Below are positions 6,638 to 13,243 of a DNA stretch of 24,084 nucleotides, piece by piece; the first letter of the stretch is position 1, and each line of letters begins with the position of its first letter. A program made the position numbers and the translations under genes. Below the pieces are notes generated by a model that had not been told where the DNA came from, ran no database searches, and saw only the letters and a list, made by a program, of their open reading frames with translations. The DNA lies in the IMG/VR virus record IMGVR_UViG_3300027785_000140, positions 1-24,084 of that record; one strand, 5' to 3'. This stretch comes from a virus (lineage: Duplodnaviria; Caudoviricetes).

Positions 6638-7480
6638 ATGGCAACTCTCACTTCCTACATCTCGGAAGTCCGGCGGCTCTTGCATGATGCCAATGGTGTC
6701 TTCTGGTCAGACGCTGAACTAACGGACGACATTAACAGCGCCCGTGAGAGAGTAGCGAGAGATACTGGCTGTTTACGCACACTTCAAATTTCTAGCACCC
6801 CCATTTCTAACACGGGCGTAGCTGCAACTGTTTGGACTGCTGGAGCAATTGTCACTACCAACTCATTTGTTTTTAGTGGCGTTTTTATTTACAAAGTTAT
6901 TACTGGTGGCACATTAGGCTCTACGGCTCCTCCTTACCCATCTGCTTCTTACACATTTCCGCCAAGTACGTCTTTCACTGACGGCACGGCAACCCTGCAA
7001 TATTCCAGCCCTGCTGAGATTATTCCGTATGGCATTTTGTCTACAGGAACAACGCTAGACATTCTGAACATCACGTTGTATTGGGGCAACAGTCGCCTTC
7101 CTTTGCGATACTTGCCTTGGTCAAACTTCAATGCCCAGTTGCGGTATTGGCAAAACTATGTTGGCAGACCCGTGTGTTTTTCAGTCTATGGACAATCTCA
7201 GATATACATCGGGCCTGTGCCTGACCAAGCGTATGTCATAGAAATTGATAGCACCATTCTGCCAACCCCTCTAGTCACGACAAGCCCGTCTGCAACAGAC
7301 CCTATTAATGACCCCTACACATCGCCTGTAGCTTTCTATGCGGCCTACAAAGCCAAGTACAAAGAGCAGAGCTATGGTGAAGCGGAAATTTACAAGCAAG
7401 AATATCTGAAGCATGTGAATGCCGTGCTTAACAGCACCTTCACACGGCGTATTCCAGACCCTTACTCAACTCCGTACTAA
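6638..7480 (+). CDS. head-tail adaptor (tail tubular protein A-like) with inserted domain
   Basis: N-terminal TL..YI.EVRRLL.D....WSD.EL...IN.A is typical of adaptors. C-terminal G.P..F....IYIGPVPD..Y and VAFYAAYKA...E..A..Y. Confidence 0.7.
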   Translation: MATLTSYISEVRRLLHDANGVFWSDAELTDDINSARERVARDTGCLRTLQISSTPISNTGVAATVWTAGAIVTTNSFVFSGVFIYKVITGGTLGSTAPPYPSASYTFPPSTSFTDGTATLQYSSPAEIIPYGILSTGTTLDILNITLYWGNSRLPLRYLPWSNFNAQLRYWQNYVGRPVCFSVYGQSQIYIGPVPDQAYVIEIDSTILPTPLVTTSPSATDPINDPYTSPVAFYAAYKAKYKEQSYGEAEIYKQEYLKHVNAVLNSTFTRRIPDPYSTPY

Positions 7481-7482
7481 TC

Positions 7483-9705
7483 ATGGCAGCAGCAGAGCAA
7501 AAAAAGTCCTATGCTGTCATCAAGAACTTCAAAGGCCTAAACACAAAGGCCAACCGAACGGCGATTGATGAAGAAGAGTTCTCCTGGATAGAGAATGCCC
7601 AGCCTATCGGGTTTGGCAACATCAAGATTGTCCAAGCTCAGTCTGCTGTCAATACCTCTGGCAATGCGGCAGTTGTTTTTGCCAATAGCACTACGGCCCT
7701 AGAGTCAGTAAACATCAATGTCAGTGACTATCTCTTGTCTTTTGAGGATAACGGACGGGCTGAATACTTCAACCTGACCAACTCTACCAAAGGCAACGTG
7801 GCTGTGACAGGCACTTTCTCTAGTGCCAACGTGTCTACCGCCCAGTTTAAAAACGAGCGTGTCATCATTGGTGACCCCAACAAGGGTTTGTTTAACTGGG
7901 ATGAGACAAACCTAGTCTCTATGGGGTCTGTAGGCTCTATAGGCATCACAAACCCAGGTTCAGGGTACTTGGCTGCACCCTCAGTGGTTATCGGCGCTCC
8001 TAACAACACTGGTGGTGTTCAGGCTACAGCAGAAGCAACCATTAGTTCTGGCGCTGGTGGGCTTACCAGCATTGACGTAACTTCTGGGGGTACTGGATAC
8101 GCAACTTTCCCAGGCGTGACGATTACACCCCCAGACGTACAAGGTGGAACACCAGCTCAAGCGGTGGTATCTGCCATTTCTAATAGTGCAGTTGTTGCCG
8201 TTACCATAACTGAACCCGGCTCTGGATACTTGAATGTGCCCACGGTTGGCTTTTCTTCTGGCGCAGCCACTGCTACAGCGGTGTTAACCAAGGGTACGGT
8301 AAATTCCATCACCCTGACAAACGCTGGTACAGGCTATACCTCCCCGCCTACCATCACATTGACAGGTGGTGGCGGAGCAAATGCAGCCGCTATCTGCCAG
8401 CTTGTCACGTTTAAAACTGGCACGTTGTCTGTGCTGGTGACCAACGGTGGTTCTGGCTACGGGGCCAGCGGTTCTTTCTTTGTCACGGTCACAGGCACTA
8501 CTGGCACAGGTGCAAATGCCTCTGCTATTGTCAGCGGTGGCGCAGTCACGCAAGTGATTATGAACAACCCTGGTAGTGGCTACACGGCTGCTGGCACGGT
8601 TACTTTTGGTGGCTCTGGTTCTAATGCTGCTGGCACGGTCATCCTCAACAGTGATGAGATTGCCTCTGTAGCCACTTTCTCAGGCCGTACTTGGGTGGCG
8701 GCGGGGCGTACCATCTACTATTCTGCTGCTGGAAGCTACAGCGACTTCACTTCAGTGTCTGCCGGAAACTTCCCGATAACAGACTCAACTCTGCATGGCA
8801 ACATCAAATCCTTGTTGTCGGCAAACAACTTCCTCTACATTTTTGGTGAAGACAGCATCAACGTCTTCTCTGACTTGCGTGTCTCCGGCACAGGTACAAC
8901 CCTGTTTACAAACACCAACGTCAGTGCCAGCGTAGGCAGTAACTTGCGGTATGCGGTATTCCCATACTTTCGCAGTGTGCTGTTTATGAACAACTACGGG
9001 ATATACGCCCTGGTTGGTTCTACTACCAGCAAGTTGTCTGACCAGCTAGACGGCATTTTCCCGTTCATAGACTTTACTTTTCCCGTGACTGGCGGTCAGG
9101 TGTTGCTTAACAACATCTTGTGCGCTGCCTTTAACTTCTACTTGAAATCTACCTACCCGTATGCAACAGGTGGGCGTTTCATCCAGTGTGTGTTCTTTGA
9201 AAAGAAGTGGTTTGTCACCAGCCAGGGTGAGCTTACATACGTGACCTCTGCTCCTGTTGGTGGCCTAATTAGCCTGTACGGAGTTGCAGACAAGTCTCTA
9301 TTCAGGCTGTACGCCAGTGCAACAGCCAATGTATCCAGCGAGATACAGACGGCCTTGTCTCCCATGAAAGACCCCATTCGTACCAAGCAAGCTCTAAAGT
9401 TTGGTATAGAGGCAACGCTTACCTCGGGTGGCACATTTAACGTAACTGTAGACAGCGAGAGTGGCTCTAGTCCTACCTACGTGCTGAACAACTCTGTGAC
9501 TTGGTACAACAATTCGAATGTAATTATTACTTGGGTAAATAATTCCAGTGCGACTATTGTCTGGTTGACAAGTAACGGTTATGCTCTTTATAAATCAGAT
9601 GCCCAGCAATACGGTAAGTATTTGGGTCTGACAATGACTTCTACAGACCCCGGGTTTGTAGTCAACACGTTTGAATTTGAACATGAACTACGAGTGAGGT
9701 TCTAA
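7483..9705 (+). CDS. tail nozzle / DNA stabilisation protein (P22 gp10- or T7 gp12-like) with repeat insert
   Basis: 740 aa after the adaptor. N-terminal F.GLN, propeller-like ATFSGRTWVA...IYYS and LYIFGEDSI segments, and an internal GSGY repeat block. Confidence 0.7.
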   Translation: MAAAEQKKSYAVIKNFKGLNTKANRTAIDEEEFSWIENAQPIGFGNIKIVQAQSAVNTSGNAAVVFANSTTALESVNINVSDYLLSFEDNGRAEYFNLTNSTKGNVAVTGTFSSANVSTAQFKNERVIIGDPNKGLFNWDETNLVSMGSVGSIGITNPGSGYLAAPSVVIGAPNNTGGVQATAEATISSGAGGLTSIDVTSGGTGYATFPGVTITPPDVQGGTPAQAVVSAISNSAVVAVTITEPGSGYLNVPTVGFSSGAATATAVLTKGTVNSITLTNAGTGYTSPPTITLTGGGGANAAAICQLVTFKTGTLSVLVTNGGSGYGASGSFFVTVTGTTGTGANASAIVSGGAVTQVIMNNPGSGYTAAGTVTFGGSGSNAAGTVILNSDEIASVATFSGRTWVAAGRTIYYSAAGSYSDFTSVSAGNFPITDSTLHGNIKSLLSANNFLYIFGEDSINVFSDLRVSGTGTTLFTNTNVSASVGSNLRYAVFPYFRSVLFMNNYGIYALVGSTTSKLSDQLDGIFPFIDFTFPVTGGQVLLNNILCAAFNFYLKSTYPYATGGRFIQCVFFEKKWFVTSQGELTYVTSAPVGGLISLYGVADKSLFRLYASATANVSSEIQTALSPMKDPIRTKQALKFGIEATLTSGGTFNVTVDSESGSSPTYVLNNSVTWYNNSNVIITWVNNSSATIVWLTSNGYALYKSDAQQYGKYLGLTMTSTDPGFVVNTFEFEHELRVRF
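7927..8640 (+). repeat. six degenerate ~40-aa repeats, consensus ITNxG(S/T)GY..xP.V
   Basis: ITNPGSGY, VTSGGTGY, ITEPGSGY, LTNAGTGY, VTNGGSGY, MNNPGSGY. Boundaries are approximate. Confidence 0.8.
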
Positions 9706-9706
9706 C

Positions 9707-11242
9707 ATGCCCGTACCTAATACATTTGGCACTGCAACTTCTGCCATACCTTTGTCCCAACTGGACGCAAACTTTGCCACGCCAATTACTATCGGTAACA
9801 CGGCAGTGCAGTTAGGCAATACTGTCACTACGCTCAACAACATGACGTTAGCTAACGTCACTATTAGTAGCGGCACTATCACTATCACAAACGTAGCTGT
9901 GACTACAGCTAACGTGAGTGGCACTGCAAACATCTCTACGCTGGTAGTTGTAGGTAACGCAACTGTGGGTGGCAACACATCAGTCACTGGAACGCTGAGT
10001 GCTACGGGCATAATTACCGGCAACAATTCAATTAAGTCCACAACCGCCTCCGCAGGGCAACCTGAGTTTGTGCTTACTCAAACAAGCGTAGCTTCATGGT
10101 CTATCTATAACCCTCCATCATCTACTGACCTCCGTTTTTATAATGGGGCAGATAGATTAGTCCTTTCCGCCACTGGCCTTGCAGTCACTGGAACGCTGAG
10201 TGCTACGGGGGCTATACAAACAGGGTCGGGCAATAGTACCGCCGCTGGCCTTATTGCTGGATATTTTGGTGCTTCTGGATACGGTGCAATTTGGAGTACG
10301 GGCGTAACTCCATCAACATCTAATTTTTCTTTTCTTACAAATGCAACAAGTACCGTGCTTAATGGCACTACGGGAGTTGCTTTTCAAGTAGGCAATGTCG
10401 ATAAAATGTCATTAGGCGCAAGCTTATTGACGGTTACGCCCGGAGCAACCATTCAAGGACTCACTGTAGGTCTTGGCGCAGGTGCTGTAGCCACCAACAC
10501 TGCGGTGGGTAAAAATGCTTTGGCGGGAAATGTGGGCGGGCTGGAGCAAGTTGCCGTAGGACAAGATGCTCTATTTACAAATCAGTCAGGTAGCTATAAC
10601 ACGGCAGTTGGTCTTGGAGCCTTGAAGCTTAATCTTTCTGGTAGTAATAATACGGCCCTTGGTTATCTTGCTTTATTGCAAAGCACAGCCTCAGACAACA
10701 CTGCTGTAGGTTATCAGGCGGGATACACCAATATAAACGGCAACGGAAATGTATTTGTTGGCTATCAAGCTGGGTTTTTATCAAACTACCCAACCAACGG
10801 AGCAATACAAAATTGTTTTGTTGGTTATTCGGCTGGCTCTGCAATAACCACGGGGTACAAAAATACCATTATTGGTACATTCCCCGGCAACTTATCTAGT
10901 CTGGACATTCGCGCAAAAAACAACAACATCGTAATGTCTGATGGAGATGGATATCCACTCTTTGGTCGCCTTTACGGACAATGGACGCAATCAGTGAGCA
11001 CAGCTTTTGTGGCATTGACCCCCGTCAGCGGTGTTGGTATGTTTGTATTTATTAACGGGTACAACGCCTCAACCGGGGCACAGGGCAACTGGATAATTTC
11101 AGCAAATGGAACATCTGGCGTTACTGTTGTCAACGCCAATAACTCAACAGGATTAACTGTTAGTTTTGATTATGCCGGGAGTCAACTGAGAATGTCAACA
11201 GCATCCGGGCAACTTGGCATTGCTGTTTTCTACACACTGTAA
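9707..11242 (+). CDS. tail fibre / receptor-binding protein
   Basis: 511 aa. N-terminal anchor-like IPLSQLDANF, T/N/G-rich shaft and NTAVG..AL repeats resembling trimeric adhesin head repeats. Confidence 0.8.
   Translation: MPVPNTFGTATSAIPLSQLDANFATPITIGNTAVQLGNTVTTLNNMTLANVTISSGTITITNVAVTTANVSGTANISTLVVVGNATVGGNTSVTGTLSATGIITGNNSIKSTTASAGQPEFVLTQTSVASWSIYNPPSSTDLRFYNGADRLVLSATGLAVTGTLSATGAIQTGSGNSTAAGLIAGYFGASGYGAIWSTGVTPSTSNFSFLTNATSTVLNGTTGVAFQVGNVDKMSLGASLLTVTPGATIQGLTVGLGAGAVATNTAVGKNALAGNVGGLEQVAVGQDALFTNQSGSYNTAVGLGALKLNLSGSNNTALGYLALLQSTASDNTAVGYQAGYTNINGNGNVFVGYQAGFLSNYPTNGAIQNCFVGYSAGSAITTGYKNTIIGTFPGNLSSLDIRAKNNNIVMSDGDGYPLFGRLYGQWTQSVSTAFVALTPVSGVGMFVFINGYNASTGAQGNWIISANGTSGVTVVNANNSTGLTVSFDYAGSQLRMSTASGQLGIAVFYTL
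9981..10209 (+). repeat. 28-bp exact direct repeat, 201 bp apart, in frame
   Basis: CAGTCACTGGAACGCTGAGTGCTACGGG at 9981-10008 and 10182-10209, encoding VTGTLSATG. Confidence 0.9.
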
Positions 11243-11251
11243 GGAATAAAA

Positions 11252-11509
11252 ATGACAGCCTTTTCATGGAATATAAAACACCTCAAAGAAGATGACCGGG
11301 GGTATGCCTCAACTCTGTACTGTGAGTTAAAAGGCGTATCAGACCAAGGTGTCACAAAAACTTCGTCCACTGTGTTTTCTTTTGGCGGGGATGATTACAA
11401 GCCGAAATCTGAATGGACGCAGGAGCAAATTGACCAATGGGCTGAAACCACCCGTGTTCGTTTGGAAGAAAACCTCAACGACAAATTTAATCGAGGAACC
11501 ACACCATGA
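11252..11509 (+). CDS. tail-fibre accessory (assembly/chaperone-like) protein 1
   Basis: 85 aa, TAAGGA SD. Pattern MT.F.W.I..L...Y.P..EWT.EQI..W is shared with the next gene. Confidence 0.55.
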   Translation: MTAFSWNIKHLKEDDRGYASTLYCELKGVSDQGVTKTSSTVFSFGGDDYKPKSEWTQEQIDQWAETTRVRLEENLNDKFNRGTTP

Positions 11510-11820
11510 CCACTTTTACTACCACCATCACCGCTATGTGGACTATGCAACAGCCAGACCCCGACTATGTGGTCAATGTGCTGTGGGAAGTCACTGGCGT
11601 GGACGGGGAATACACCGCCAAGATCGGTGGCAACACCACCTTTAACAGCAATCAATCTCCTTCTTTTATTCCTTACGATGAATTGACAGAAGCAACAGTG
11701 ATTGGCTGGATTCCAGAAAATGCGATGGCAAGCGCACAAGCATGCGTGCAAGGGCAAATCAATAGCATGATTAACCCTCCTGTAAGCCCTGAAAACACAC
11801 CTCTTCCCTGGAGTGCATGA
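11506..11820 (+). CDS. tail-fibre accessory protein 2 (DUF7936-like by recollection)
   Basis: 104 aa. VVNVLW.VTGVDG...FIPYDELTE..VIGW...PLPW is a pattern I recall downstream of fibre genes. Confidence 0.65.
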   Translation: MTTFTTTITAMWTMQQPDPDYVVNVLWEVTGVDGEYTAKIGGNTTFNSNQSPSFIPYDELTEATVIGWIPENAMASAQACVQGQINSMINPPVSPENTPLPWSA

Positions 11821-12155
11821 TGAGCGTTAATTCACCTTTCACACCGACAGGAAACACTGTCACATTCACAGGCGTTATTACTACGCCTCCTACGCCTGTG
11901 CAAGTTAACAGCTACTCTCTAGGCTCTAATCAGTACCGCATCCTTAATGCTGGTACTGTTACTGTCTTTCTGGGTATAGGTAACACTGCTGCTGGAGCTA
12001 CTGCGAATGCAACTATAGTTACTGGCAATGCCGCCGCTATACCGTTGCTTGCGGGTACAGATGAAATATTGTCGTTTGCCCCTAACGCATATTTCACGGG
12101 TATCACAGGCTCTAGCTCTGCCATTGTCTACATTACCCCTGGTAGCGGTTCGTAA
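11817..12155 (+). CDS. small beta-rich virion protein, paralog of 21688-22038
   Basis: 112 aa (start may be 11820). QYRI.N.G...VF.GIG and C-terminal AIVYITPG.G. Confidence 0.65.
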   Translation: MMSVNSPFTPTGNTVTFTGVITTPPTPVQVNSYSLGSNQYRILNAGTVTVFLGIGNTAAGATANATIVTGNAAAIPLLAGTDEILSFAPNAYFTGITGSSSAIVYITPGSGS

Positions 12156-12907
12156 TGTTAAAAACAGTTAGTTCAATTACCAATGCCATAGGCGCTCTTA
12201 ATTACAAGGGCACATGGAATGCGTCTACAAATACACCTACGTTGGTGTCTAGTGTTGGTACGCAGGGTGATTACTATGTCGTTTCTGTAGCTGGTTCTAC
12301 AAACCTTGACGGAACTACCTTGTGGGGTGTCGGGGATATGGCTATCTTCAACGGTAGCATCTGGCAAAAGGCAGATGGTGGAGACACCAGCCTAGTTACA
12401 GGCCTGACAGTCACTAGCCTGACAGGTTACATGTATGCCAACAACACCACACCTGTTACCGCATCTACAACCATTCCTGTTGCTAACATAACAGGCGCTG
12501 TGCCTAACACAGTCAACATCATTGCTGGCACAGGCATGTCTGGTGGTGGTGCGCTTACAGGTAACGTCACCCTCAACCTAGCCAACACCGCTGTAACTGC
12601 TGCCATTTACGGTAATGCCTCTGCTGTCTCGCAGATAACTGTAGACTCACAAGGGCGTATAACCAGTGCTGGTAATGTCACTATTGCTATTGCCAACTCT
12701 GCTGTGTCAGGGCTGGGCACTATGTCTACGCAGAATGCCAACAACGTAGCCATTACTGGTGGCAATGTCACCGCAAATGTGTCGCTGACAAACACCACTA
12801 ATGTTGGTGTTACGTTTGCAACCTCTAGCTTACCGCTTGTACCTGCCGGGTATATCAAAGTCAATTTGAATGGAACGGTGGTGCTTGTGCCGTACTATGC
12901 CCAGTGA
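12155..12907 (+). CDS. second fibre/collar-like virion protein
   Basis: 250 aa. YKGTWNASTNTPTL...GDYYVVSVAG domain, fibre motif YG.A......TVD.QGRITSA and LGTMSTQNANNVAITGG. Confidence 0.7.
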   Translation: MLKTVSSITNAIGALNYKGTWNASTNTPTLVSSVGTQGDYYVVSVAGSTNLDGTTLWGVGDMAIFNGSIWQKADGGDTSLVTGLTVTSLTGYMYANNTTPVTASTTIPVANITGAVPNTVNIIAGTGMSGGGALTGNVTLNLANTAVTAAIYGNASAVSQITVDSQGRITSAGNVTIAIANSAVSGLGTMSTQNANNVAITGGNVTANVSLTNTTNVGVTFATSSLPLVPAGYIKVNLNGTVVLVPYYAQ

Positions 12908-13242
12908 ACATGGAGACACTATCCTATGTGAAGTACGGGGACAAGGATGGCCTCGGAGAGTTCTTGTTTGAGAACGGTGTGCAGCACCAGCTCTTCTACG
13001 AGATTCTTGCTGACCAGGGAATACTCATCCAGAAGTATCCCATCACAGATGCCGACCCCGAAAACCTAGATGACTGGTTGTTCGTGCATAACCAAGAACA
13101 TCAGCAGTTAGCTGTTATCTTAAACCTGGATAACCCGTTTCAGTTGCTAGACAGTGACTGGAATGTAGAAGATGATTTTTACGACTGGGTTGGCGTGCAT
13201 CAATCTATTCATCAACAGATAGCATCGTCTTTGGGAGTGTGA
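12904..13242 (+). CDS. acidic hypothetical protein
   Basis: 112 aa from the GTG overlapping the upstream stop (or ATG 12910). Repeated W...H...H motif. Confidence 0.7.
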   Translation: MNMETLSYVKYGDKDGLGEFLFENGVQHQLFYEILADQGILIQKYPITDADPENLDDWLFVHNQEHQQLAVILNLDNPFQLLDSDWNVEDDFYDWVGVHQSIHQQIASSLGV

Positions 13243-13243
13243 C

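Noticed and set aside
9981-10209. DGR template/variable repeat or invertible segment in the fibre
   Set aside because: The repeat is short, exact and direct with no adenine-specific mismatches, and no reverse transcriptase or invertase lies in the window.
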